Below, one piece after another: positions 48,549 to 58,735 of a stretch of DNA of 64,000 bases; position 1 is the first letter of the stretch; each line of letters begins with the position of its first letter. The DNA is from an uncultured Holophaga sp. Its GTDB lineage: Bacteria; Acidobacteriota; Holophagae; Holophagales; Holophagaceae. The position numbers and the translations under genes were made by a program. The notes under the pieces were generated by a model, which was not told the DNA's origin, did no database searches, and worked only from the letters and a program-made list of their open reading frames with translations. The stretch covers positions 1,312,001-1,376,000 of the forward strand of contig OY761614.1 of the NCBI GenBank assembly GCA_963664825.1. Direction: 5' to 3'.

Positions 48549-50753
48549 ATGCTAATGGAACCCGCAGCCAGCGCAGCCCTCTCCACCCCGGTTCCCGCCT
48601 CGGTGCTCTGGCTGATCCCCTTCCTGCCCCTCTTCGGCGCCCTGCTCAATGGCGCCTACGGGCTCTTCTGCAAGTCCACGGGCCGCAAGGCCCCCAGCAC
48701 CAAGCTGGTGGATTTCATCGCCCTGGGCTCGGTGGGCGTGGCCTTCCTGCTATCGATCACCTACTTCGTCACCCTGCTGGGCCAGAGCCCGGCCAACCGC
48801 TCCATCACCCAGTCCGTGTGGACCTGGATCGATCTGGGCGGCGCCCGGGTGATGGATGGCCTGGCCCGCAATACCGTGGCCTGGGCCTACAAGTTCGATA
48901 CCCTCTCGGGCGCCATGGCGCTGCTGGTGACCGGGGTGGGCTTCCTGATCCACCTGTTCTCCACGGGCTACATGCAGGAGGAACGCCAGGACGGCCGGTA
49001 CTATCGTTTCATGGCCTACATGAACCTCTTCGTGTTCTCCATGCTGAATCTGGTGCTGGGCGCCAATATCCTCATGATGTTCCTGGGCTGGGAGGGGGTG
49101 GGCCTCTGCTCCTACCTGCTCATCGGCTTCTACTTCGATAAGGAATTCGCCGCCACCGCCGGGAAGAAGGCCTTCGTCACCAACCGCATCGGCGACTTCG
49201 GCTTCATGCTGGGTTTCTTCCTGCTCTTCCAGATCTTCGGCAGCGTGGACTTCGACACCCTCATGGGCATGACACGCGCTGTCATGGCGCGGCCCGAGCT
49301 CACCATCTTCGGCGTGACCCACGCACCCACCTGGTGGTTCAACCTGGCCGGCATCGCCCTCTTCCTGGGGGCCTGCGGCAAGAGCGCCCAGATCCCCCTC
49401 TATGTCTGGCTGCCGGACGCCATGGCGGGGCCCACCCCCGTGAGCGCCCTCATCCACGCCGCCACCATGGTGACCTCCGGCCTCTACATGATCTGCCGGA
49501 TGAATTTCGTTTATGCCAACGCGCCATTGGCCCTCTCCATCGTGCTCTTCATCGGCGCCCTCACGGCGCTGGTGGCCGCCAGCATGGGCCTGGCCCAATA
49601 CGACATCAAGAAGGTGCTGGCCTATTCCACCGTCTCCCAGTTGGGCTTCATGTTCATGGGCATGGGCGCCGGAGCCTACACGGCCGGCATGTTCCACGTC
49701 TTCACCCATGCGTTTTTCAAGGCCGCCCTCTTCCTCGGCGCGGGCTCCGTGATCGTGGCCTGCCATCACGAGCAGGACATGCGCAATCTCGGGGGCCTCC
49801 GGTCGAAGATGCCCTGGACCTACGCCTCCATGCTGATTGCGACCCTGGCCATCGCGGGCATCTTCCCCTTCTCGGGCTTTTTCTCCAAGGACGAGATCCT
49901 CTGGAAGGTCTTCGAGGGCTGGCAGACGGGTGGCCACACCCTGAGCCTGGTGGCCTGGATCATGGGCATGGTGGCCGCCTTCATGACAGCCTTCTACATG
50001 GTCCGCCTGATGGTGATGACCTTCGGCGGAGAATACCGCGGCGCAGGCCTGGACCCCCACGGCCACACCGTGCCCACTGAGGCCCATTCCCACGGCCATG
50101 GCCCCCAGGAAGTGGTCTGGAACATGTGGGTGCCCGTCTTCATCCTGGCGATCCTGGCCCTGGTGGGCGGTTTCCTGAACATCCCCCACAGCCTGCACTG
50201 GATCGGTTCTTCTCACTTCAGCCAATGGCTGGCCCCCCTGCTCTACCAGAAGGAGGCCCTCCACGCTAGCCACGAGGCGGCCCCGGCCATCGAATACGGC
50301 CTCATGGCCTGGACCACCCTCATCTGGGCCCCGGGCGCCATGCTGCTGGCCTACCTGTTCTACGGCCTGGATCCTACCTGGGCCCGTCCCCGCGCCTTCG
50401 TCAAGGGCTTCCCCGGCCTCTTCCGCTGGGTCCACAACAAGTATTTCGTCGACGAGTTCTTTGAAATGGCCTTCATCGGCCCCTGCAAGCAGCTGGGAGC
50501 CCAGCTCTGGGCCTTCGATACCTGGGCGGTGGATGGCATGGTGAATGGCGCCGCCCGCTTCACCCTCATCTGGGCCCGCCTCAGCTTCTGGTTCGATTCG
50601 CATATCGTCGATGGCCTAGTGAACCTGGTGGCCTATTTGATCCAGCAGCTCTCCGGTGGCTTCCGCAAGCTCCAGAGCGGCCGCGTGCAGAACTACGCCT
50701 TCGTGATGTTCCTGGGCTTTTTGATCTTCGCGTTCTGGAAGTTCCTGGCCTGA
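48549..50753 (+). CDS. nuoL: NADH-quinone oxidoreductase subunit L
   Basis: GWEGVGLCSYLLIGF, KSAQIPLYVWLPDAMAGPTPVSALIHAATMV, SGRVQNY. Confidence 0.97.
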   Translation: MLMEPAASAALSTPVPASVLWLIPFLPLFGALLNGAYGLFCKSTGRKAPSTKLVDFIALGSVGVAFLLSITYFVTLLGQSPANRSITQSVWTWIDLGGARVMDGLARNTVAWAYKFDTLSGAMALLVTGVGFLIHLFSTGYMQEERQDGRYYRFMAYMNLFVFSMLNLVLGANILMMFLGWEGVGLCSYLLIGFYFDKEFAATAGKKAFVTNRIGDFGFMLGFFLLFQIFGSVDFDTLMGMTRAVMARPELTIFGVTHAPTWWFNLAGIALFLGACGKSAQIPLYVWLPDAMAGPTPVSALIHAATMVTSGLYMICRMNFVYANAPLALSIVLFIGALTALVAASMGLAQYDIKKVLAYSTVSQLGFMFMGMGAGAYTAGMFHVFTHAFFKAALFLGAGSVIVACHHEQDMRNLGGLRSKMPWTYASMLIATLAIAGIFPFSGFFSKDEILWKVFEGWQTGGHTLSLVAWIMGMVAAFMTAFYMVRLMVMTFGGEYRGAGLDPHGHTVPTEAHSHGHGPQEVVWNMWVPVFILAILALVGGFLNIPHSLHWIGSSHFSQWLAPLLYQKEALHASHEAAPAIEYGLMAWTTLIWAPGAMLLAYLFYGLDPTWARPRAFVKGFPGLFRWVHNKYFVDEFFEMAFIGPCKQLGAQLWAFDTWAVDGMVNGAARFTLIWARLSFWFDSHIVDGLVNLVAYLIQQLSGGFRKLQSGRVQNYAFVMFLGFLIFAFWKFLA

Positions 50754-50793
50754 GCCTGCCATTCCTTTTGCATTGATGTCCGCTGGAGTTGAT

Positions 50794-52404
50794 ATGAGTC
50801 CGACCCTGATCCCCTGGTTCAAAAACCTGCCGCTGTGGGTCACCTTCATCCCGCTGCTGAGCGCGCTGTGCCTGCTCTTCGTGCCCAAGGAGAAGCGCCG
50901 GGTCTTCGAACTCGGCGCCCTGGGCATTACCATCCTGGACTTCGCCCTCAGCGTGCCCCTCTGGTTCCAATACGACCGGGCCAATTCCGCCGTCCAGTGG
51001 CCTACCGTGATGGACTGGATCCCCAGTCTCGGGGTGCAATTCAATATCGGCATGGACGGCATCAGCCTGGTGCTCTTCCTGCTGACCACCTTCATCGGCT
51101 TCATCGCCGTATGGTCCTCCTTTAGCGCCATCCAGGAACGCCACAAGGAGTATTACATCTGGCTGTTGGTCATGCAGACCTCCATGCTGGGCGTCTTCAT
51201 CTGCCAGGACATGTTCCTCTTCTACCTGTTCTGGGAACTGATGCTGGTGCCAATGTACTTCCTCATCGCCATCTGGGGCGGCCCCCAGAAGCTCTACGCG
51301 GCCATCAAGCTCTTCCTCTACACCCTGGCCGGCTCCGTGCTGATGCTGGTGGGCATCCTGGCCATCTACTTCCTGCAGAAGAAGGCCGGGCTCACCCCCA
51401 GCTTCTCCATCGCCTCCTTCCAGGCCATGGCGCCCGTCATCGCCCAGCAGACCAAGAGCTTCCAGATCCTCTTGGCCCTGGCTCTGTTCGTGGGCTTCGC
51501 CATCAAGGTGCCCATGTTCCCCTTCCATACCTGGCTCCCGGACGCCCATGTGCAGGCGCCCACGGCCGGTTCGGTGATCCTGGCCGGTATTCTCCTGAAG
51601 ATGGGCACCTACGGCTTCGTGCGTTTCCTGCTGCCCATCCTGCCGGACGCCACCCGCATCCTGATGCCCTATCTGCTGACCCTCACCCTCATCGGCATCA
51701 TCTACGGCGCCCTGGTGGCCATGGTCCAGAAGGACATGAAGAAGCTCGTGGCCTACAGCTCCGTGAGCCATCTGGGCCTCTGCATGCTGGGCATCTTCGC
51801 CATGAATCCCAACGGGATCATGGGCGGCATGTTCCAGATGATCAATCACGGCATCTCCACTTCCGCGCTCTTCCTCATCGTCGGCATCGTCTACGAGCGC
51901 CGCCATACGCGCCTGATCGCCGACTTCGGCGGCCTGTCCAAGACCATGCCCGTCTACGCCACGATCTTCATGATCATGACCATGAGCTCCATCGGCCTGC
52001 CGGGCCTCAATGGCTTCATCGGCGAGGCCGCCATCCTCATGGGGGCCTTCCAGGTCCATCCCTGGTGGGCCGTGGCGGCCTGCAGCAGCCTGATCCTGGG
52101 TGCGGCCTACATGCTCTGGCTCTACCAGCGCGTCATGTTTGGGCCCATCAACCCAACTAATGAGCAGATGCCCGATCTCAAGGCCCGGGAGATCGCCTAC
52201 TTCGTGCCCCTGGTGGTGGCCGCCTTCTGGATTGGCCTCAATCCCACCCCCCTCATGAAGGTGCTCGACAAGCCCGTGGAGAAGCTCGTGCGCCAAGTGG
52301 ACCCCACCTACTACGAGGCCCAGGATCTGAGGGCTCGCCAGAAGGCCGCCGCCCGAATCGGCATGGCGGGCATGCCGGCTGAAGCAGCCCACGGAGGTCA
52401 CTGA
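50794..52404 (+). CDS. nuoM: NADH-quinone oxidoreductase subunit M
   Basis: FWELMLVPMY, KVPMFPFHTWLPDAHVQAPTAGS, LLKMGTYG; start uncertain. Confidence 0.96.
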   Translation: MSPTLIPWFKNLPLWVTFIPLLSALCLLFVPKEKRRVFELGALGITILDFALSVPLWFQYDRANSAVQWPTVMDWIPSLGVQFNIGMDGISLVLFLLTTFIGFIAVWSSFSAIQERHKEYYIWLLVMQTSMLGVFICQDMFLFYLFWELMLVPMYFLIAIWGGPQKLYAAIKLFLYTLAGSVLMLVGILAIYFLQKKAGLTPSFSIASFQAMAPVIAQQTKSFQILLALALFVGFAIKVPMFPFHTWLPDAHVQAPTAGSVILAGILLKMGTYGFVRFLLPILPDATRILMPYLLTLTLIGIIYGALVAMVQKDMKKLVAYSSVSHLGLCMLGIFAMNPNGIMGGMFQMINHGISTSALFLIVGIVYERRHTRLIADFGGLSKTMPVYATIFMIMTMSSIGLPGLNGFIGEAAILMGAFQVHPWWAVAACSSLILGAAYMLWLYQRVMFGPINPTNEQMPDLKAREIAYFVPLVVAAFWIGLNPTPLMKVLDKPVEKLVRQVDPTYYEAQDLRARQKAAARIGMAGMPAEAAHGGH

Positions 52405-53873
52405 TGCCCTTCGCCCAGAGCCTGCTGGAATCCCTCACTCGGGATCTCCCCTTCCTGTATGGGCCCCTCTTCCTGGTCCTGGCCGCCACGCTCATGCTCT
52501 GGCCCGGCGATCTTCTGGTCGGCAAGGACAATAAGCGCGTCTGGTCCGTGGTGGCCTTCCTGGTGCTGGTCTCCGGTGGCACGCTGGCCCTCCTGGCCCC
52601 TACGGGCACAGGGTTTGCCGGCATGTTCAAGGTGGATGGCCTCACCAAGGGCTTCCAGTTCCTCTGCGTGCTGGGGGGCCTCATCACGATCCTCCTGAGC
52701 CAACCCCAGCTCAACGCGCTTCGGGAGCAGACGGTCGAATACTACGCCCTGATCCTCTTCTCCATCAGCGGCATGATGCTGCTGGTGGGTGCGGCCGACC
52801 TGGTGTCGGTCTACTTCAGTCTCGAACTGATGGCCCTCTGCATCTACATCCTGGTGGCCTACCTGCGCACCCACGAACGCAGCATCGAAGCCGGCCTGAA
52901 GTACTTCCTGCTGGGGGCCTTCTCCAGCGGCATCCTCCTCTACGGCATCAGCCTCCTCTTCGGCGCCGCCGGTGGCACCACCACCAATCTGGCCGAGCTC
53001 AACGACAAGCTGGCCCTTGTGAGCCCCAATGGCAGCCTGATGGTCTTTGCGGGTGCCCTGATGGTGCTGGTGGGATTCGCCTTCAAGGTGGCCGCCGTGC
53101 CCTTCCACATGTGGAGCCCGGACGCCTACGAGGGCGCTCCCACCCCCATCACGGCCTTCATGTCCATGGCTCCCAAGGCCGCGGCCCTGGGCGCTTTCCT
53201 GCGCGTCTTCGGCACGGGCCTCCGGGGAGTATCGACGGAATGGGTCCTGCCCCTCTCCTTCATCGCCGGGGCCAGCATGATCCTGGGCAATGTGGCGGCC
53301 CTGCGCCAGCAGAGCTTGAAGCGCCTCCTGGCCTACAGCTCCATCGCCCACGTGGGCTACATGCTCCTGGGCGTGCTCAGCGGCGATGTGCAGGCCGGGG
53401 CCCAGGCCATCTGGCTCTACATGTTCACCTACCTGCTCATGCAGAGCGGCGCCTTCGCCGTGATCATCTACCTCCAGGGCAAGGGCGAAGGAGAGCGCAT
53501 CGACGATCTCCGGGGCCTCGCCAAGCGCCAGCCGGTGCTGGCCTTCGCCATGATGGTCTTCATGCTGAGCCTGGCGGGCATCCCGCCCCTGCTAGGATTC
53601 TTCAGCAAGTTCTACCTCTTCAAGCTGGCCATCGAGCAGGGCTATGTGACCCTCACGGTGCTTGCCCTCCTCACCAGCGCCATCGGCGCCTGGTACTACC
53701 TGAACGTCGTGGCCACGATGTATTTCAAGGAACCCGCTGAAGCCAAGGCTGATGCGAGACCCCTGAGCAAGACCTTCACCTTCATTCTCACCGTCTCTTG
53801 CGCCCTGATCCTGGTGGGTTCTCTCTTCGGGCGCCACCTCCTGGACTGGACGGCCAGGATCGTGCTGGGCTGA
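52404..53873 (+). CDS. nuoN: NADH-quinone oxidoreductase subunit N
   Basis: EAGLKYFLLG, FKVAAVPFHMWSPDAYEGAPTP, SLAGIPP..GF..K. Confidence 0.96.
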   Translation: MPFAQSLLESLTRDLPFLYGPLFLVLAATLMLWPGDLLVGKDNKRVWSVVAFLVLVSGGTLALLAPTGTGFAGMFKVDGLTKGFQFLCVLGGLITILLSQPQLNALREQTVEYYALILFSISGMMLLVGAADLVSVYFSLELMALCIYILVAYLRTHERSIEAGLKYFLLGAFSSGILLYGISLLFGAAGGTTTNLAELNDKLALVSPNGSLMVFAGALMVLVGFAFKVAAVPFHMWSPDAYEGAPTPITAFMSMAPKAAALGAFLRVFGTGLRGVSTEWVLPLSFIAGASMILGNVAALRQQSLKRLLAYSSIAHVGYMLLGVLSGDVQAGAQAIWLYMFTYLLMQSGAFAVIIYLQGKGEGERIDDLRGLAKRQPVLAFAMMVFMLSLAGIPPLLGFFSKFYLFKLAIEQGYVTLTVLALLTSAIGAWYYLNVVATMYFKEPAEAKADARPLSKTFTFILTVSCALILVGSLFGRHLLDWTARIVLG

Positions 53874-53890
53874 GCCCGATTTTCAAGAAG

Positions 53891-54007
53891 ATGAACCACA
53901 GAGAGCGCAGAGGAAAGGGCTGAGAGCACAGAGAAAAAAACAAAGAGGATAAAATCAGTTTTCCTCTCTGCCCTCTCTTTTATTTTTCTGCGCTCTCTGT
54001 GGTTCAT
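53891..54007. repeat. Palindromic MITE/REP-like element (copy B)
   Basis: Perfect 21-bp terminal inverted repeat ATGAACCACAGAGAGCGCAGA / TCTGCGCTCTCTGTGGTTCAT, AT-rich core. Confidence 0.8.
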
Positions 54008-54022
54008 TTTTCAGGACGCTGA

Positions 54023-54316
54023 ATGATCTTTCGCCCCAAACCCAGCCAGGATGCCGACCCCCAGGAGCGGGCCCTCTGGGGGGAGCTGACCTCCCTGGGC
54101 ATGGTCTTTCCCATCGCCATCATGCTGGGCTTCTTCCTGGGGCGATGGATCGGGCGGGCCTGGGGGCATCCCCAAGGGGGCCAGTGGGTCGGAATGGCCC
54201 TGGGCATCGCCACCGGCTTCTGGGAGCTCTACAAGGTCACCAAGCATCTGGAGAGCCTGGATCCGCCCCCTCCCGGAGAGACACCCCCGAAGGACCCCCA
54301 TGATCCCCGAGACTGA
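54023..54316 (+). CDS. AtpZ/AtpI-family small membrane protein
   Basis: Two TM helices with G..LG.WI...G..LG..GF pattern, upstream of atpB. Confidence 0.75.
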   Translation: MIFRPKPSQDADPQERALWGELTSLGMVFPIAIMLGFFLGRWIGRAWGHPQGGQWVGMALGIATGFWELYKVTKHLESLDPPPPGETPPKDPHDPRD

Positions 54317-54695
54317 GGATCCCGGTACCCACCATCTGGTCTGGATCGGACGTTTCATGCTGATCCTGTGGCCCCTGGGCGCCCTGGCGTGGCTCCTGCG
54401 CTCGAGATGGGCGGCCTTGGCCTTTGCCGTGGGAGCCTCTAGCAGCCTCGTCTTCTGGTCCCTCCACCGTTGGACCGTACGACGTATGCTCACGCCCTCC
54501 GTGCGTCGACGCTGGTTCTTTGCCTTGCTGGGAATCCTCAAGCTGGCGTTGATCGTCCTGGTTCTGCGTGGGATGATGGCTTGCCTCCCTCGGGAGGCTC
54601 TCCCCCTGGCGACCGGCATCCTGCTCTTCGTCGGAGCCATCCTGCTGGAGGCCTTGCGCCTCATTCTGCGGCCGGAAGCCGGAGCCCGAGATTGA
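54300..54695 (+). CDS. ATP synthase protein I-like
   Basis: Four TM helices, directly upstream of atpB. Confidence 0.7.
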   Translation: MIPETEDPGTHHLVWIGRFMLILWPLGALAWLLRSRWAALAFAVGASSSLVFWSLHRWTVRRMLTPSVRRRWFFALLGILKLALIVLVLRGMMACLPREALPLATGILLFVGAILLEALRLILRPEAGARD

Positions 54696-54716
54696 ACGCG
54701 TCGGAAAGGAAGAACG

Positions 54717-55457
54717 ATGGAACACCATGCGTCGTACCTCGCCACTCTCCTGACGAATCTCCTGGTCTACCTGGGCGTCTTGACCCGGCATCCCTGGGGC
54801 ACCTTCGCCCACGGCCAGGCCCTGTCCCTCCTGGAGCGCTACGACCATCTCTTCGCGGCCGTGCTGGCCACCCTGGTGATCATGGGCCTGGTGCTCGCCA
54901 CCCGGATCAAGCTCTCCCGCATTCCCGGCCCCTTCCAGCAGACCATGGAATTCCTCGTCACCTTCGTGCGGAACCTGGTGGGCGATAATGTGGCCCACCA
55001 TCCCGAAACCTATGTCCCGCTGATCGGGACCCTGGGCCTCTTCATCGTGCTGAACAATCTCTTCGGCATCGCCCCAGGCCTGCCCAGCGGCACGGGCAAC
55101 TGGAACGTGACTCTGGGTTGCGCGCTGCTGGTCTTTTTCTACTACAACTTCCACGGCATGAAGTCCCAGGGATTCTGGAAATACCTGGGGCACTTCGCGG
55201 GCCCCGTTTGGTTCCTCTGGTGGCTGATGTGGCCGCTGGAGATCCTGGGCCTGCTCTCCCGCATCCTGAGCCACTCCCTGCGCCTCTTCGGCAATATCGC
55301 CGGCGAACACGTGGTCTCGCTCATCTTCTTCAGCCTCGTGCCCCTGCTGGTGCCCATCCCGCTGATGGTCATGGGCCTCTTCTTCGGCCTGATCCAGGCC
55401 TTCGTGTTCATCATGCTGGCCACTATCTACGTCTCAGGCGCCGTATCACACGATTGA
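54717..55457 (+). CDS. atpB: ATP synthase F0 subunit a
   Basis: [28 protein letters not shown]. Confidence 0.96.
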   Translation: MEHHASYLATLLTNLLVYLGVLTRHPWGTFAHGQALSLLERYDHLFAAVLATLVIMGLVLATRIKLSRIPGPFQQTMEFLVTFVRNLVGDNVAHHPETYVPLIGTLGLFIVLNNLFGIAPGLPSGTGNWNVTLGCALLVFFYYNFHGMKSQGFWKYLGHFAGPVWFLWWLMWPLEILGLLSRILSHSLRLFGNIAGEHVVSLIFFSLVPLLVPIPLMVMGLFFGLIQAFVFIMLATIYVSGAVSHD

Positions 55458-55516
55458 CCCGCTCCCACTCCGGCATCGGGATTCCGAACCCCAATGCCCT
55501 TTTTCCGAGGTGTCCC

Positions 55517-55816
55517 ATGAAGAAGTTCCTCACCACCGCCTTCCTCTTCACCCTGGCCGTGGCCGCCTTCGCCCAGGTGCCCACCGGCGCCCCCGCCAAG
55601 AGCCTCTTCGAAGGCCAGTTCCTGGCTCATATCTCCCTCGCCATCGCCGCCGCCGGCTGCGGTCTGGCCCAGGGCAAGGCCGTCGTGGCTGCCTGCGAAG
55701 GCATCGCCCGCAATCCCCAGGCTGCCGGCAATATCCGCACCACCATGATCATCGGCCTGGCCCTCATCGAGGCCCTGGTGATCTATGTGCTCGTCGCCGC
55801 CTTCGCGGTGAAGTAG
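55517..55816 (+). CDS. atpE: ATP synthase F0 subunit c with signal-peptide-like N-terminal extension
   Basis: [24 protein letters not shown]. Confidence 0.94.
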   Translation: MKKFLTTAFLFTLAVAAFAQVPTGAPAKSLFEGQFLAHISLAIAAAGCGLAQGKAVVAACEGIARNPQAAGNIRTTMIIGLALIEALVIYVLVAAFAVK

Positions 55817-55831
55817 GCCTGAAGCTTCCTG

Positions 55832-55865
55832 AAGCGGGGCGTTCCATAGCGGCGCCCCGCTTTTT
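55832..55865 (+). terminator. Rho-independent terminator after atpE
   Basis: AAGCGGGGCG...CGCCCCGC followed by TTTTT. Confidence 0.75.
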
Positions 55866-55899
55866 GATTTCCGCAGTCCCGCCCAAAGCCCTGAGGTCC

Positions 55900-57075
55900 A
55901 TGTTGAAGCCCCACCTGTTCCCGCTGCCTTCGGATATCACCCGCGTGATTCTGGGCGGCGTTCCATCCGTGGACCAGAAGGGGATGTCCCTGCCCACCCT
56001 TGAGATGGCCAGGGATTTCGCCCTCGGGTACGGCTATGACATGGATATCCCCCACCACCGGGATCATCTGGTGGAGGTCTTCGAGGATGCCCTGGCCTTC
56101 CTGGAGGAAGTGATCCTCGAGGGCACGGGCATGGATATTCCGCCGGAATTCTTCGAACTGCAGGATCCCCTGGAACTGCTGGTCTGGGCCTCCGTGCGCC
56201 CCCAGGACCAGCGAGCCCGCTGGGCCTGCGCGCTCCTGCGGGTGATGCACACCCTCTTCCACGTGGACAATAACGTCTACTTGCGGTTCCTCCCCGATAT
56301 CCAGCAGCAGATCTTCGACCGCTACGAGCGTTTCCTGGTGCCCACCCCCAACGGCGGATGGCTGCTCAAGGGGCGCTACGAAGTGCCCCTGCTGGCCATC
56401 AAGCGCAAGGAGAGCAAGGATCGCGTCTCCATGCTCCTCAAGCTGCTCCACAAGCCCGAGAACGTGGCAGAACCCATTTACGACCAGGTGGGCCTGCGCT
56501 TCATCGCTGAGGACCTCCTGGGCGTGTTGCTGGTGATCCGCTTCCTCCTGGATCACCACATCCTCATGGCCAACCACATCAAACCCAGCCGGACCCGGAA
56601 CCTGATGGTGAATCTGGAGGAGCTGGAACGCTGGATGGCCTCGCTGCCGGAGGGTTTCTCCCTGGATAGCCTCAGCGCCGAGGAACGGGCCCGCATCTCC
56701 GAGAGCCTCACCCTCTCTAGCGGAAGGGCGGAAGTCAACCCTTTTTCAAGCAGCAGCTATTCCGCCGTCCAGTTCACCGCCCGCACCCTCATCCGCCTGC
56801 CCAACCCAGCAGCGGCGGTCCTTGAGAAGGTCCAGGCCCGCTTCCAGCAGGTGGGTCGGCCAGAAATCGGCGATCTATTGCACATTCCGGAGTTGATCCA
56901 GGAGCAGGACGAGTTTACCTTTTTCTTTGCACACGAAGTCCAAGTCATGGAAAGATCCGGGTTCGAAAGTATCGTCTCAGGTCCGGCCTCGCATTCGGAG
57001 TACAAACTCCGGCAGCGAGATGCAGTCAGGAGACGTGTTCTGCAAGGCATTGCGCCGCAGGAGGGCTCATGTTGA
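55900..57075 (+). CDS. TIGR04552-like protein with RelA/SpoT-type nucleotidyltransferase motifs
   Basis: KDRVSMLLKLLHK, IYDQVGLRFI, SYSAVQF, HEVQVM, SHSEYK parallel the Rel synthetase motifs. Confidence 0.7.
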   Translation: MLKPHLFPLPSDITRVILGGVPSVDQKGMSLPTLEMARDFALGYGYDMDIPHHRDHLVEVFEDALAFLEEVILEGTGMDIPPEFFELQDPLELLVWASVRPQDQRARWACALLRVMHTLFHVDNNVYLRFLPDIQQQIFDRYERFLVPTPNGGWLLKGRYEVPLLAIKRKESKDRVSMLLKLLHKPENVAEPIYDQVGLRFIAEDLLGVLLVIRFLLDHHILMANHIKPSRTRNLMVNLEELERWMASLPEGFSLDSLSAEERARISESLTLSSGRAEVNPFSSSSYSAVQFTARTLIRLPNPAAAVLEKVQARFQQVGRPEIGDLLHIPELIQEQDEFTFFFAHEVQVMERSGFESIVSGPASHSEYKLRQRDAVRRRVLQGIAPQEGSC

Positions 57076-57407
57076 ACATCCAGACACGCCAGGAAGCCAA
57101 TGCTTCTGTGGTGACCATCCAAGGGAAGGTCAACTTCGAGGTGACGGCCCAATTGCGCGACGTGATCCGGGATACCGTCACCACGCATCAGCCCAAGCTC
57201 CTGGTGATCAACCTCGAAGGCGTGAGCTTCATCGATTCCTCGGGCCTCGGGCTCCTGGTGGCCGCACGCAATAGTGTCGACAAGAATAACGGGAAGCTGC
57301 ACCTCTGCGGCCTGCCTGCCCAGGTGAAGAAGACCTTCGATCAGACGAATCTGACGAACTACTTCTCCATCTTCGCCACCGAGCAGGACGCGCTGCGTGG
57401 GGCCTGA
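57069..57407 (+). CDS. STAS-domain anti-sigma factor antagonist
   Basis: NLEGVSFIDSSGLGLLV with phosphoacceptor Ser. Confidence 0.92.
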   Translation: MLNIQTRQEANASVVTIQGKVNFEVTAQLRDVIRDTVTTHQPKLLVINLEGVSFIDSSGLGLLVAARNSVDKNNGKLHLCGLPAQVKKTFDQTNLTNYFSIFATEQDALRGA

Positions 57408-57542
57408 TCTGGTCTAGGGGAGACCACCCAGGGTGGCCTGCTGTTCTCTGTGATCGCGATATCCCTCCTTTGACTCCACGTGGTGTCCTGGCATCGCCCG
57501 GGCACCGCGTTTTTTTGGTACGATTTCCACCCCGGAGTCGAC

Positions 57543-58722
57543 ATGAATAACGGCGTTGTTCTGGTCGTCGATGACGAGGTCCAGATCCGGGATATCCTCA
57601 GCTTCTACCTCAAACGGGCGGGCTACCAAGTGCTCGTGGCGGAGAACGGCGCCAAGGCCCTGGAGGTCATGGAAAAGATCCATGTCCTCGCGGCCACCCG
57701 ATCTCATCCTTTCCGATCTGCGGATGCCGGAGATGGCCGGAGATGAGTTCTGCCGCATCATCAAAGGGACCGCGGAAACCCGCGATATCTACTTCGTGCT
57801 GGTCTCGGCCATGGACGGCACGGCCTCCAAGATCGGCGGCCTGAATCTGGGCGCCGACGACATGATCGCCAAACCCTTCCACGCCCAGGAAGTGATGGCC
57901 AAGGTCGAGAGCGCCTTCCGCATCATCGAGATGCAGAAGGAGATCAAGCGGCAGAACCAGCAGCTCACCCGCTTCCAGGACCGGATGACCAGCGAACTGG
58001 CCCTCGCCGCACGACTTCAATTCGGCCTCCTGCCTCCGCTTCCGGGCACCGCGCCCAGTTTCAGCTACACCCACCGCTACCTACCAGCCGAAGGCATCGG
58101 CGGCGATATCTACACCATCCTGCCCATGGCCGGGGGCTGCCTGGCCCTGATGATCGCGGACGTGAGTGGACACGGCGTGACTGCCGCCTTGATCTCGGCC
58201 ATGGTCAAGACCTCCTTCGAGAGCCAGGTCCGCCTGGGGGGAAGCCCCCTTGCCTGGGCCCAGGGCATGAACCGGGATCTCGCCCACAACACCCTGGCCG
58301 AACAGTTCGCAACGGCCTTCCTGGCCCGCTTCGACCCGGCCCAAAACACGATGCGCTACGTGGCCGCAGGCCACGACGCGCCCTTCCGCATCCCCAACGG
58401 TGCCAAGGGCGGCCTCCACCATCCCCAGGTGCTGAGTGGGCACGGATTCATGCTGGGCATCCAGGAGGACCTCCCCTTCGAGGAGAAGGAGTCGCCCTTC
58501 GAGATCGGCGATCGTCTCGTGCTCTTCACCGATGGCCTAGTGGAAGTGGAACGGGAGGACCGCCAGCTTCTGGGCGAAGAGGGCCTCCTCCGCTTCTGCG
58601 CCGAACTGCCCGCCAACGAGGACGAGGCCGCCGATCATCTGGTGGCCAAGGCCAAGGCCTTCAATGATCCGGCCCCCTTCGTGGACGATGTGACGCTGGT
58701 GATCCTGGACCGCACCCGATAG
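57543..58722 (+). pseudogene. Receiver-domain + PP2C (SpoIIE/RsbU-like) phosphatase, frameshifted near 57684-57696
   Basis: Frame 1 (57543-57746): VLVVDDEVQIR..AENGAKALE. The +1 frame continues PDLILSDLRMP..KPF, then GGDIY, ADVSGHG, FTDGL, DDVTL. Confidence 0.8.
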
Positions 58723-58735
58723 GGAAGCGATCGCC

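Noticed and set aside
57670..57700. Programmed -1 frameshift at GGAAAAG
   Set aside because: The required shift is +1 and the site is not a canonical X XXY YYZ heptamer
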